From positions 736,001 through 800,000 of the forward strand of contig CAWCKY010000007.1 of NCBI GenBank assembly GCA_963796275.1: a stretch of DNA of 64,000 nucleotides, given 5' to 3'. The notes under the pieces are model-generated. The model was not told where the DNA came from. It saw only the letters and a list, made by a program, of their open reading frames with translations, and searched no databases. This stretch comes from an uncultured Acidobacteriota bacterium (GTDB lineage Bacteria; Acidobacteriota; Blastocatellia; RBC074). The position numbers and the translations under genes were made by a program. This document shows positions 47,516 to 58,082 of this stretch, piece after piece; the first letter of the stretch is position 1; the number at the start of each line of letters is the position of its first letter.

Positions 47516-50266
47516 GTGAATTTTTGGCGAGGCCTTTTGTCGGTTGCGTGCTTGTCCCTTTCACTTTTATTCACATCTTCAGCCTCGGCGCAAAACTTCG
47601 AATACTATCCCGGCGCTAAATACGATCCATCGATTCCAACTCTCAAACAGGTGGTCGGCCATGGATGGGGTGAGAAGATCACGATGTATCACGAGGCGAT
47701 CGCCTACATCAAAGCCCTGCAAAATGCCGCCGGTTCGCGGCTCAAAGTGATCAAATACGCCGAGACATGGGAAGGTAAATCGCTCAATGTTCTGGCCATC
47801 GGTTCGCCATCCAACATTTCGCGAGTGGCTGAGATCAAAACCGGGATGCAGAAACTGGCTGACCCGCGTCGGATCTCACAAGTCGAGGCTGATGCCTTGA
47901 TCAGGTCGCTGCCCTCGATCGTCTGGTTGATATGTGGCGTTCACGGGAATGAGATCTCGAGCGTCGATGCCGGTCTTCTGACAGCATATCACCTGCTCGC
48001 CGCGCAACATGACGAATTGATCGAGACGGCCATGGAGAATACGGTCGTACTGATCGACCCTATGCAAAATCCTGACGGACGTGATCGGTTCATCAACTAT
48101 TTCACCCAGAACGTCGGCCGTTTTCCAGATGCCGATATGCAGGCGGCTGAGCATAATGAGGTATGGCCGAGCGGACGGGTCAATCACTACCTATTCGATA
48201 TGAACCGTGACTGGTTCGCGCAGACGCAGCCAGAGACCCGCGGCCGCACAAAATTTTATCTGGAATGGTTCCCTCAGGTTGTTGCAGATCTGCACGAGAT
48301 GGGGACCAACAGCACTTATTACTTTGCTCCGCCGGCATTGCCGTGGAACCCGAATCTGACCAAGACGCAGCTCGACTGGCTGGCGAAGTTCGGCCGGAAT
48401 AACGCCGCATGGTTCGATCGCTTTCACTTCGATTATTTCACGCGCGAGAATTATGATTCGTTCTATCCGGGTTATGGCGAGGGTTGGCCGTTGTTCCAAG
48501 GCTCGATCGGGATGACGTATGAGCAGGCGTCGGTACGCGGTCTCCTGGCCAGGCGTGAAGACGACTCCACCATGCATTACCGAGATTCGGTGCATCATCA
48601 CTTCATCGCATCGCTTTCGACCATCGAAAACGCGGCCAGGAACCGCGAAATGCTCCTGCGTTATTTCTATGACTATCGATTCAGCGCTGTCGAGGAGGGC
48701 AGGAATGAGAGGGTCAAGGAGTACATCATTACCCCGGGCAACGATCCGAACCGGGCTGCGCGGCTGGCCGCGATGCTGATGGACTCGGGCATCGAAGTGA
48801 AGCGCGCCGACGCTCCCTTCGGCAACTCGAAGACGCGCGATTATTTCGACGGCGATCAACAATCGCGCGTCTTCCCGGCGGGCAGCTATATCGTCTCTCT
48901 CGCTCAGCCCGCGAAGCGCATGGCCAAAGCGCTCATGGACAAACAGACCGATCAGGATAAAGAGTTCCTGGAAGAACAGCGCCGCCTCAATAGGATGCGG
49001 AGACCGGAAGAGTTTTATGACGTGACCGCCTGGTCCTTGCCTCTGATCTTCGATCATCCATGCTTCGTCGCGGAAACCAATTCGAGTGTCCGGGCGACCG
49101 TTCTCAGGGAGTCACCGAAGACGCCGGGACAGATGTACGGAGCGCAGGCGAAGCTGGCATACCTCATCCCCTGGGGCACACAGGCTGCGGCTGCTGCCCT
49201 GGCCGATCTGTTCAATCAAAATGTCCGCATTCACAGCAGCGACAAGGCTTTTAAATTAAATGGTTGGAGTTTCCCTCCGGGCACCCTGATCGTCAAACTG
49301 AAAGATAACCCGGCTGATCTGCACGAGCGAATGACGAAGCTCGTGAATGGTCACAATATCGACGTATATTCGACCGATTCATCCTGGGTCGACGATGGGC
49401 CGAATTTCGGCAGCAGCAATGTGCGTTTCCTGCCGAGGCCTCGCATAGCGCTCGCTTACAATACGCCGACCTCGGCTAACTCCGCGGGGTGGGCTCGCTA
49501 CCTGATCGAACAACGCTATGGTTATCCGGTGACGATCGTCCGCACCGAGCAGTTACGCTCGGCTGATTTGAGCCGGTATAACGTCATCATCCTGCCCGAC
49601 ACAAATTCCGGTTACAGTAACCAGTTGGGTAACGGCGCGACACTGCGCGATTGGGTTCAGAGAGGCGGGGTATTGATCGGTCTCGCCGGCGCCACCAATT
49701 GGTTGATCGATGAAAAAGTAAATCTGCTTCCGACCAGGCGCGAGAAGCGCGAGAAAGATGATGACGACAAAAAAAGAGATGAAAGTGGCGACCGCAAAAG
49801 GGATCGGAGAGACCAATCGGCGAAGGAACCTGACCAAGATTCGGCAAGAGATCAAGATAGGGATCAGGATAAGGACCCGGTAGAGAAGGCTATTGAGCCG
49901 GCTGATGAGTACCCGAGCGCGACGCCCGGTGCGATTGTACGCGTTAAGGTCGATCGAGCGCATTGGCTCGGATTCGGCTACGGTGCAACCACGACCGTCA
50001 TAATCGACAGCAATCGTATCTATACCCTGCTGAAACTTGATAAAGGCACGAATGTGGCGATCTATATGCCTCAGGATAAAATGCTGGTCAGCGGTTTCAT
50101 GTGGGAGGATCCGAAGAAACAGCTCCCAAATAAGGCCTACTTGATGCACACCTCGATCGGTCGCGGTCATGTCGTCGGATTTGCCGAAGACCCGAACTAC
50201 CGCGCTTTCATGGAAGGATTGAATGTGATGCTGCTGAATGCTGTTTTTCTTGGGCCGGGACATTAA
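47516..50266 (+). CDS. Exported M14 family zinc carboxypeptidase with C-terminal extension
   Basis: VHGNE, NPDG, DMNRDW and DLHEM motifs. Confidence 0.9.
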   Translation: MNFWRGLLSVACLSLSLLFTSSASAQNFEYYPGAKYDPSIPTLKQVVGHGWGEKITMYHEAIAYIKALQNAAGSRLKVIKYAETWEGKSLNVLAIGSPSNISRVAEIKTGMQKLADPRRISQVEADALIRSLPSIVWLICGVHGNEISSVDAGLLTAYHLLAAQHDELIETAMENTVVLIDPMQNPDGRDRFINYFTQNVGRFPDADMQAAEHNEVWPSGRVNHYLFDMNRDWFAQTQPETRGRTKFYLEWFPQVVADLHEMGTNSTYYFAPPALPWNPNLTKTQLDWLAKFGRNNAAWFDRFHFDYFTRENYDSFYPGYGEGWPLFQGSIGMTYEQASVRGLLARREDDSTMHYRDSVHHHFIASLSTIENAARNREMLLRYFYDYRFSAVEEGRNERVKEYIITPGNDPNRAARLAAMLMDSGIEVKRADAPFGNSKTRDYFDGDQQSRVFPAGSYIVSLAQPAKRMAKALMDKQTDQDKEFLEEQRRLNRMRRPEEFYDVTAWSLPLIFDHPCFVAETNSSVRATVLRESPKTPGQMYGAQAKLAYLIPWGTQAAAAALADLFNQNVRIHSSDKAFKLNGWSFPPGTLIVKLKDNPADLHERMTKLVNGHNIDVYSTDSSWVDDGPNFGSSNVRFLPRPRIALAYNTPTSANSAGWARYLIEQRYGYPVTIVRTEQLRSADLSRYNVIILPDTNSGYSNQLGNGATLRDWVQRGGVLIGLAGATNWLIDEKVNLLPTRREKREKDDDDKKRDESGDRKRDRRDQSAKEPDQDSARDQDRDQDKDPVEKAIEPADEYPSATPGAIVRVKVDRAHWLGFGYGATTTVIIDSNRIYTLLKLDKGTNVAIYMPQDKMLVSGFMWEDPKKQLPNKAYLMHTSIGRGHVVGFAEDPNYRAFMEGLNVMLLNAVFLGPGH

Positions 50267-50275
50267 GTAAGAAGG

Positions 50276-50372
50276 TAGTTTAAAGTTATCAGTTTTCAGC
50301 AGCCTGCCCTCCTGCAGATCGCGGGGAGCGGAAGTTGATTGGGGCTACCAAACGAAAACTGAAACTCAAACC
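50276..50372. repeat. Degenerate inverted heptamer hairpin (TTTCAG / AACTGAA)
   Basis: tagtttaaagttatcagttttcag...aaacgaaaactgaaactcaaac. Confidence 0.5.
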
Positions 50373-50377
50373 TTAAT

Positions 50378-51490
50378 ATGAAATCACTCCTCCGCGAACT
50401 AATCTTCCCGCTCACCGCCTGCCTCGCTGCCTTTCTTGTCGGCGCAATAGTCATCCTGGTAATAGGCGACAACCCGCTGGTGGTTTATCGTTTACTACTC
50501 TCGAGCTCATTCGGCCTCTTCGATGCGCTAGGTAATTTCACATTTGACAATTGGGGCTACACGCTGTTTTATGCCACGCCGCTTATCTTCACCGGCCTCG
50601 CCGTTGCGCTGGCATTCAAATGCGGGCTACTCAATATCGGGGCTGAGGGTCAATTGTATGTCAGCGCATTCGCCGCCGCCTGGATCGGGATTACCTTCGC
50701 GGGATTGCCTGGCTTTATGTTGGTTCCGATGGCGATGCTGGCTGCGATGGTGGCTGGCGGTATGTGGGGCGCAATACCCGGGTTTCTCAAAGCGCGATTC
50801 GGATCACACGAAGTTATCAACACCATCATGCTCAATTTCATCGCCGTCGGCCTGGTCAGCTATCTGACCCAGAGTTATTACAAGGCTCAGGGCGATCCGA
50901 TAATGCAGACCGTTCCGATCGCTGAGCAGGCGCAGATCGCACGCTTCCATTTATTGCTTTCGCCTTTTGGCGTAGATTTTCCGCAACGGATACCGCTCAA
51001 TGTATCGTTTTTGTTGGCGCTGCTCGCCTGTTTTTTGGTTTGGGTCTTTCTTTGGCGGACGAAATGGGGGTACGAAATCCGCGCGGTCGGTTTGAACCAA
51101 TCAGCCGCCGAATATGGGGGGATCAGTGTGCGGAAGCAGATCGTTCTGGCCATGGCATTGTCTGGTGCGGTGGCCGGAATGGTCGGCATCAACGAGGTAC
51201 TGGGATACCGTTATCGTTACTACCACGACTTCTCCCCAGGGTATGGTTTTGCGGGAATAGCCGTCGCGCTGCTGGGTCGCAATCATCCCGCCGGGGTGCT
51301 GTTGGCGGCGATACTATTTGGAGCGCTCAATCGCGGAGGATTGTTCGTAGATATTTTCACTGATAAGGTTTCGAAAGATCTGGTGCAGGTGTTGCAGGCC
51401 GTCATCATTCTGTTCGTTGCGATGGAGGCTCTGTTTCGCGGCTGGTTAACGCGATTCCTTCCCGCGTTGACGAAAGAGACCACATCTTAA
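50378..51490 (+). CDS. Nucleoside ABC transporter permease (NupB-like)
   Basis: TPLIFTGLAVA, NIGAEGQ, HEVINTIMLN and GYGFAGIAVALLG motifs. Confidence 0.88.
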   Translation: MKSLLRELIFPLTACLAAFLVGAIVILVIGDNPLVVYRLLLSSSFGLFDALGNFTFDNWGYTLFYATPLIFTGLAVALAFKCGLLNIGAEGQLYVSAFAAAWIGITFAGLPGFMLVPMAMLAAMVAGGMWGAIPGFLKARFGSHEVINTIMLNFIAVGLVSYLTQSYYKAQGDPIMQTVPIAEQAQIARFHLLLSPFGVDFPQRIPLNVSFLLALLACFLVWVFLWRTKWGYEIRAVGLNQSAAEYGGISVRKQIVLAMALSGAVAGMVGINEVLGYRYRYYHDFSPGYGFAGIAVALLGRNHPAGVLLAAILFGALNRGGLFVDIFTDKVSKDLVQVLQAVIILFVAMEALFRGWLTRFLPALTKETTS

Positions 51491-51580
51491 TTTGATACTT
51501 GTTATTTGATAGTGACAAAGTGATCGTTGACTTGTCACTGTCACTATCGACTATCAATTACCGACTATCAATTATCGACT
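51490..51580. repeat. Inverted heptamer hairpin (TTGATA.. / CTATCAA)
   Basis: tttgatacttgttatttgatagtgaca...tgtcactatcgactatcaattaccgactatcaattatcgact. Confidence 0.7.
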
Positions 51581-51583
51581 AGA

Positions 51584-52513
51584 ATGTTCACCGACATCTT
51601 CAACTACACGTTAATCGCTTCGACGCTGCGGCTCTCCACGCCCCTGATTCTGGCCGCTCTCGGGGGCTTGTATTCCGAGCGGTGCGGTGTAATCAACATA
51701 GCGCTCGAAGGGTTGATGCTGGCAGGGGCGTTCACCGCCGCGACAGTAACCGTGTACTCCGGCTGCGCATGGATAGGATTGCTCGCAGCTGTGGCAGCCG
51801 GGATGTTGGTCGCGGCCATTCACGGGTTGGCGACCATCAGTTATCGAGCCGATCAGGTAGTTAGCGGGACGGCGATCAATATTCTGTTTCTTGGGATTCC
51901 CGCATTGCTCTCGGGGGCTTTATTTAAGTCGACCGGAGCGACACCGCAATTACCGCGCGATCAGGTGCTGCCCGATGTGCCGCTCTTCAATCCCGGCAAT
52001 TTCCCGGTTCTAGCATCTATCTTCAACCAGAAGCCGCTCGTCTACCTCGCGCTCCTTCTCGCGACGGTGACGGCTTTCGTTTTATATAGAACGCGATTCG
52101 GGTTACGTCTGCGCGCAGTCGGCGAAAACCCGGAAGCCGCGGATACCGCAGGTGTGAGCGTAGTGAAGGTGCGTTATGCAGGGGTCCTGATTTCGGGGGC
52201 GCTGGCGGCGCTCGGCGGTGCCTATCTTTCTATCGGTCAGAACTCGCTCTTCACTCGAAACATGACTGCGGGCCGCGGTTTTATAGCGCTGGCCGCACTG
52301 ATCTTCGGGAAATGGGATCCGTTCGGGGCCCTCTTCGCCTGTCTGTTCTTCGGTTTTGCCGAGGCGATTGCCATTCGTATGCAGGGGACCGTCAACATTC
52401 CCAATCAATTTATCCAGATGATACCGTACGTGCTTACCATGGTAGTGCTCGCCGGCTTGATCCGCCGCGCAATTCCACCCAAATCATTGGGTGTTGCATA
52501 TGTAAAAGAATGA
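51584..52513 (+). CDS. Nucleoside ABC transporter permease (NupC-like; start ATG 51584)
   Basis: SERCGVINIALEG, GLRLRAVGENP and GRGFIALAALIFGKW motifs. Confidence 0.9.
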   Translation: MFTDIFNYTLIASTLRLSTPLILAALGGLYSERCGVINIALEGLMLAGAFTAATVTVYSGCAWIGLLAAVAAGMLVAAIHGLATISYRADQVVSGTAINILFLGIPALLSGALFKSTGATPQLPRDQVLPDVPLFNPGNFPVLASIFNQKPLVYLALLLATVTAFVLYRTRFGLRLRAVGENPEAADTAGVSVVKVRYAGVLISGALAALGGAYLSIGQNSLFTRNMTAGRGFIALAALIFGKWDPFGALFACLFFGFAEAIAIRMQGTVNIPNQFIQMIPYVLTMVVLAGLIRRAIPPKSLGVAYVKE

Positions 52514-52620
52514 AGAGAAAGCGACCAAAGGCTAAAGATCTACGAGACGACTTGCGGGCCTTTCTCCTAAAGACTTTGCAAATTTCCTGCTTTTTATCAC
52601 TATTCATCAGGAGATATTAA

Positions 52621-53452
52621 ATGGCGATTTCCATCTTCGATCGTGCACAAGTCTCTGCCCGTTACATTCGCGAACAGATCGCATCGGATGTCGATGTTGC
52701 GGTCGTGCTCGGTTCGGGTTTGGGGGCGTTTGCTGAAACGCTGGAGAACCGGGTAATCATTCCATACGAAGAGATACCCGATTTTGTGCGATCGACTGTT
52801 GAAGGACATTCAGGGCGACTCGTCGTGGGTATCTTGCCATCATCGATGATCAACGTCGCCGTAATGCAGGGGCGCTTTCATTATTATGAGGGTTATTCTC
52901 TGGAAGAAGTGACATTGCCCATCCGCGCATTCGGGGCGATGGGAGTGAAGAAGCTTATACTGACCAACGCTGCTGGAAGCATAAATCAAAACTTCAATTC
53001 CGGTGAATTCATGCTGATCAGCGATCATATCAACCTGATGATGGTCAGCCCGCTGCGCGGCCGGCATGATAACCGTCTGGGCGAGCGCTTTCCGGATATG
53101 ACTCAGGTCTATTCGCGCGCCTACCGCCAGATCGCGCAGGAAGTCGCTTCTGAATTGGGGATGCAACTTCACGCCGGCGTTTACATGGCTCTGCAGGGGC
53201 CGAATTACGAGACCCCCGCTGAGATACTTGATGATGCGTATGCTCGGCGCCGATGCTGTCGGAATGTCGACAGTCCCCGAAGCCATCGTCGCCAGGCAGG
53301 TGGACATGGACGTGCTCGGCATTTCGCTCATCACTAATGCGGCCGCCGGAATATTGAGTGGACCGATAAGTCACGAGGAAGTCATGCAGATGGGTCAGCG
53401 AGTGAGCAGGGAATTTTGTGAATTATTGACCCGAATTATCGCGAGACTGTGA
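52621..53452 (+). CDS. Purine-nucleoside phosphorylase (trimeric PunA/XapA type) with a frameshift near 53227
   Basis: [21 protein letters not shown] and GPNYETPAE in frame 1; [13 protein letters not shown]...ITN...SHEEV continues one base out of frame. Confidence 0.9.
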
Positions 53453-53570
53453 CCTATCTGCTGTTGTACGTTAAACTTGGTTGATGAATGGCGGCATCGA
53501 CTGAATCACTGAACCCGAGTATAATGAGCCGACACCAAACATTTGAGCTGCCGGCAATGGCTAGAAGAAG

Positions 53571-53972
53571 TTGAAATCCGGAAGTAACGAAGAACTTATC
53601 CCTCTAACACTCCAGGCGCGTGAGCACGCGTATGCCCCTTATTCGGGTTTTAAGGTTGGCGCTCTCCTCGAGAGCCAGGATGGACGAGTCTTCACCGGCT
53701 GCAATATTGAAAATTCCAGTTATGGATTATCTATCTGCGCCGAACGCGTTGCGCTCGGTAAAGCGGTATCGGAAGGCGTCCGCAGCTTTACACGATTAGC
53801 CGTTATCGCAGATTCACATTCGCCCATTCCCCCCTGCGGGGCGTGCCGTCAGACGATACTTGAAATATGCGGTGAAGACCTACTGGTCATCATGGCGAAT
53901 TTGCAGGGAACGATAGTGACGCGAACGATTAAAGAGTTGTTGCCGGCGCCTTTCGATCAAAGTTATTTATAA
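53571..53972 (+). CDS. cdd: Cytidine deaminase (tetrameric type)
   Basis: AYAPYS.FKVGA, GCNIEN.SY, CAER, PCGACRQ and ELLP motifs. Confidence 0.95.
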   Translation: MKSGSNEELIPLTLQAREHAYAPYSGFKVGALLESQDGRVFTGCNIENSSYGLSICAERVALGKAVSEGVRSFTRLAVIADSHSPIPPCGACRQTILEICGEDLLVIMANLQGTIVTRTIKELLPAPFDQSYL

Positions 53973-53991
53973 TCTTGATCTGCGTCGATGT

Positions 53992-54869
53992 ATGTATCCC
54001 CGCGTCATCACAGTAATTATTGGTTTGTTGCTCGGATACTCCCCACAGAGACCGGCATTTGAGTATCAGGCGATCTCTCGCGTAAAACAGTTGTTTGTCT
54101 CACAACTTGAATCGAGTTTGCCGGAACGTCCTTTTTCTTCCTGGCTCCAACAAGTTGTCGGACCGCGTGCCGGGTTGTCATATCAGTTGACCGATTGTGG
54201 CGAGATCCCCGCCTCATCCGGATCGGGCGTTGTAATCCAAGCTTGCGTTGAAACCGCGGCTATACTCCCTGATAAACGCAAAGTCGTTGTTGTGATTTGG
54301 GTCGGTGATTTCAAGAGAGGTCTTGTCGGAAAACCTAAGCTACGATTTGTTATTGTCGATAACGAAGATGAAATATTCGAGGCTCGCCGCTTGAGCGATC
54401 TGCCTCGGGTTCTGCGGATGCCGCTTACCAGATCGCCTATGAAAAAACCGAAGAAGCTCACCCCGTCACCTATCGTATTACCTGTGGTAGGCTATAAATA
54501 TTTCGCTCCGACAGTCCAACCGATTCCGAGCCGCGCGACATACATGAAATCTCGTGTAATCTCAGTTTTATCGCGAGAGGGTATGCCGCTGAAGGTTTCT
54601 GATGGCTTATTAGCAGGGAAGGTTATCCAAAAAAGTGATCCCCAGCTATTCACCGCTTGCCCAACAGTTCAGGTCTCGGGAGAAGTAAAGGTCGATATTA
54701 CGGTAGACGTGGCCGGGCGGGTGATTGCGGCGAAGGCCGTGAGCAGCCCACATCCGCAGTAATTGGCGGTTGAAGAAGCCGGATGAAATGGATATCCAAT
54801 CCCACGCTGCTCAATAAGATGCCTGTGAGTGTACGTGGAGTACTGACTGTTATATTTACGCAACCATAA
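53992..54869 (+). pseudogene. Exported protein with a C-terminal TonB-like domain broken by several indels and a stop (pseudogene or assembly error)
   Basis: KVSDGLLAGKV, then out-of-frame VIPSYSPLA, in-frame SGEVKVDITVD..G.V and out-of-frame KW..NPTLLN.MPV.V.G.LTVIF ending TAA 54869. Confidence 0.65.
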
Positions 54870-54870
54870 A

Positions 54871-56282
54871 ATGCCCACCGTATTACGTTTTCTCAGTTGC
54901 CTTCTTATTGCGGCTCTTTCGTCCGCTCAGCGGAGTCCAAACCCGAACGACAATACTGTCGACATTTTGATCAACGGCGGTGCGGTTGTGACGATGGATG
55001 GCGAGCGCCGTACTTACGAGAACGGTTTCGTCGCAATTCGGGGCGAGCGTATTGTCGATATTGGCGATGCCACAGCGCTGAAAGCGAAAAGTTACCGGGC
55101 GAAACAGACGATCGATGCGCGCGGCAAAGCCATCCTACCCGGGTTGATCAATACTCACACGCACATCCCGATGACGCTCTTTCGCGGCATAGCCGATGAC
55201 GTGTATCTGCAGGAGTGGCTGACGAAGTATATTTTTCCCGCGGAGGCCAAAAATGTCACGCGCGAATTTGTCGTGGCCGGCACCCGACTGGGCCTGGTCG
55301 AGATGATCAGGGGAGGAACGACTACCTATGCCGATATGTATTATTTCGAAGACGCTGTCGCTGAAGAGAGCAAGAAGGCGGGTCTTCGCGGGATACTCGG
55401 TGAGACGGTGATCGATTTTCCCGCTCCGGACAATAAGACGTGGGAGGCCGGGCTCGCATCGACCCGCGATTACATCAAGAAATGGAAGGGTGACACGCTC
55501 ATCACTCCGGCCATTGCGCCTCACGCTCCTTATACAGTCAGCACCCAGCATCTGATTGAAGCTCGCTCACTGGCCGACACGTTCGACGTGCCCCTGTTAA
55601 TCCATGTGGCGGAGGCGCCGACCGAGACGGATTATATGGCCAAAACTTACCAGTCGCGGACGATTCCCTACCTGGAGAAGATCGGATTTCTCTCGCCGCG
55701 CGTGCTCGCAGCACATTCCGTCCACGTCAATGAAGATGAAATTGCGACCCTCAAGCAGCGGGATGTCGGAGTCGCCCATTGCCCGCAATCCAATATGAAA
55801 CTAAGTTCCGGAACGGCGCCGATACCGGAGATGCTCAAAGCGGGCATCCGCCTCGGTCTGGGGACAGACGCCGCCGCCTCGAATAATGATCTGAATATGT
55901 GGGAGGAGATAGACACGGCTGCCAAACTTCATAAGCTGATTGCCAATGATCCGACTGTCGTCTCGGCATCGCAGGCTTTTGAGATGGCGACCTTGGCGGC
56001 GCGCGCGCCCTCCATATGGAGAAAGAGATTGGATCGCTGGAGCCGGGAAAACGCGCAGACGTGATCGTCATCGATCTGGATGCGCCGCATTTGACGCCGA
56101 TGTATAATCTCTATACTCATCTCGTTTATTCGACCAAGTCGTCCGATGTGACCGATACGATTGTCAATGGGCGGGTGTTGATGCGAAATCGGAGGCTTTT
56201 GTCGCTCGACGAAACTGCGATAAAAACAACCGCTCGACAATATCGAGTTCGTGTGAGTCGAAGTCTGAAAGCGGAAAAATAA
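54871..56282 (+). CDS. Amidohydrolase, MTA/SAH deaminase (MtaD)-like, with signal peptide; frameshift near 55992
   Basis: PGLINTHTH, APHAPY, IHVAE, HCPQSNMKL and GTD motifs. ATLGGARAL...GSLEPGKRAD is restored by adding one base. Confidence 0.85.
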
Positions 56283-57355
56283 TGAGAATTGTGTTTGTAA
56301 TATTATTCGCGGTTGGCCTCGCGTCTCCTCACCTGGAACGGCTGCAAGTTCAGACGCCGCGCTCTGAAACAAGCGTCACGGATTCCATCAGTGATGGGAT
56401 ATCGTTATATCGTTCCCGGAAATTCAAACAGGCTCTGGAGAAATTTGAGTTAGCCCTCAAACAGGATCCGAAGAATGACGAAGCTCTCCTATATGCGGCG
56501 ATCACGGCCTTCAGAATCGGCAGTCAGGTTCAATCGCGCGGGTATTTTCTACGGCGCGCCGAGCTGCCCGGCCAGAAAGATACAGTTAAGGCTTTCTGCT
56601 TTTATCGTGTGGCGTTGACGTATTGGCGCGAGGCTCACGACATGGTCGCGAGGCACGGCGATATCACCGGTGAAAAGTTGGTCTACAATCTCCCGGAGAG
56701 GGATGCGGCAGAGGCGGAGCGTAGTATCACGAATGGTCTTGAATTCGTCGATCGTGCGATCGCGATCACCAAGGATTTCGGTGCCGCATATAACATCAAA
56801 AACCTGCTGCATTCGGAAGCTGCGCTGGCGACCAAAGATCAAAAGCTGGCAACTGATCATCGGAACCAGTCGATAATGGCTTTGCGTTTGGCCGTTGAAA
56901 AAACGGATAAAGCCGCGGCAGCCAGATCCGGCGATGCGGTGGACTTCAATCAGCCCACGGTTAGGATCGCTGAGATAGCTGCGACGATCGAGGATGAAAG
57001 AAAAATCGATGACCCGACGATGAAGATGATCGTAGGCGGCAAACCCAGTAGACGCGTGAAGGCCAATTTCCCGAGCGTCCGGCCAGAGGCGAAAGAAACG
57101 GCGTCAACCGATGGCGCCGCTGCGACAAATGCGCCGGATCAGCCGGTCGCTTCCGAGCGTGACGTCATTAAAGTAGAGGTGCTGGTTTCAACTACCGGCA
57201 GCGTCCTCTTCACGCGAGTCATCGAGGGGCAATCGGGCCTCAACGATGCAGCGATTCTAGCGGCGCGTGGATGGAAATTCGATCCTGCAAAATTTAACGG
57301 CAAACCTGTGCAGTTGAGCAGCGTGATTACCTTTGAGATTAAGGCGAAGAAATAG
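56282..57355 (+). CDS. Exported TPR protein with a C-terminal TonB-like domain
   Basis: TPR helices; C-terminal LNDAAILAARGWKFDPAKFNGKPV. Confidence 0.75.
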   Translation: MRIVFVILFAVGLASPHLERLQVQTPRSETSVTDSISDGISLYRSRKFKQALEKFELALKQDPKNDEALLYAAITAFRIGSQVQSRGYFLRRAELPGQKDTVKAFCFYRVALTYWREAHDMVARHGDITGEKLVYNLPERDAAEAERSITNGLEFVDRAIAITKDFGAAYNIKNLLHSEAALATKDQKLATDHRNQSIMALRLAVEKTDKAAAARSGDAVDFNQPTVRIAEIAATIEDERKIDDPTMKMIVGGKPSRRVKANFPSVRPEAKETASTDGAAATNAPDQPVASERDVIKVEVLVSTTGSVLFTRVIEGQSGLNDAAILAARGWKFDPAKFNGKPVQLSSVITFEIKAKK

Positions 57356-57451
57356 TTTTCAGTTTTCAGGTTTTTTTTAGGTTTCAGAATTCGGTTTTTG
57401 GTCCGAAGTAAATTGCTCAAGAAAACTGAAAACTGAAAAACTGAAAACTGA
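57353..57451. repeat. Inverted heptamer hairpin (TTTTCAG / AACTGAA) between convergent genes
   Basis: tagttttcagttttcagg...gaaaactgaaaactgaaaaactgaaaactga. Confidence 0.85.
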
Positions 57452-57456
57452 TCTGC

Positions 57457-58011
57457 CTATCCTCTAACTACACCGATGTAAGGCAGGTTGCGATATCGCT
57501 CACCGAAATCGAGGCCGTAACCGACGACGAATTTGTCGGGGATCTCGAAACCCACATAATCGGGTGTTACATCGACCTTGCGCCGCTCGGGTTTGTTGAG
57601 TAATGCTACGATTTTGATCGATGTTGCCCCGCGCGCCCGAAAATTTTGGGCCAGATAGCTGAGAGTGAGGCCGGTGTCGAGGATGTCTTCAACCAGGATG
57701 ATGTCACGCCCTTCGAGCGGCTCGTCCAGGTCTTTGAGGATCTTGACCTCACCCGTGGAATTTGCCCCCTTGCCGTAGCTCGACACCGCGATAAAATCTA
57801 TCGTCAGGTTGAGGTCTATCGCGCGCATCAGGTCGCTCATGAAAACTATCGCTCCCTTGAGCACGCAGATCAATTCGGGACGGCGCCCCGCATAGTCACG
57901 CGTAATTTCCGCGCCTATCTCCCTGATTCGCTCGTGCAATTGTTCAGCGGTGATCATGACGTCGAGTTTTGGATTTTTGAATTCTGTCACCTGGTTGTCT
58001 TTCTCTGACAT
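57457..58011 (-). CDS. hpt: Hypoxanthine phosphoribosyltransferase
   Basis: VLKGA, VSSY, VEDILDTGLTL and FVVGYGLD...YRNLPYI motifs. Confidence 0.96.
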   Translation of the reverse strand: MSEKDNQVTEFKNPKLDVMITAEQLHERIREIGAEITRDYAGRRPELICVLKGAIVFMSDLMRAIDLNLTIDFIAVSSYGKGANSTGEVKILKDLDEPLEGRDIILVEDILDTGLTLSYLAQNFRARGATSIKIVALLNKPERRKVDVTPDYVGFEIPDKFVVGYGLDFGERYRNLPYIGVVRG

Positions 58012-58082
58012 GCTGTGACCTCCTATTTTATTCCGGGACCCGACAATATATTTGTCCGGTTTTTTAGTGTCAAATATGGATT

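Noticed and set aside
53221-53235. Programmed ribosomal frameshift in PNP
   Set aside because: No slippery sequence is visible, and neighbouring genes also have indels, which favours sequence error.
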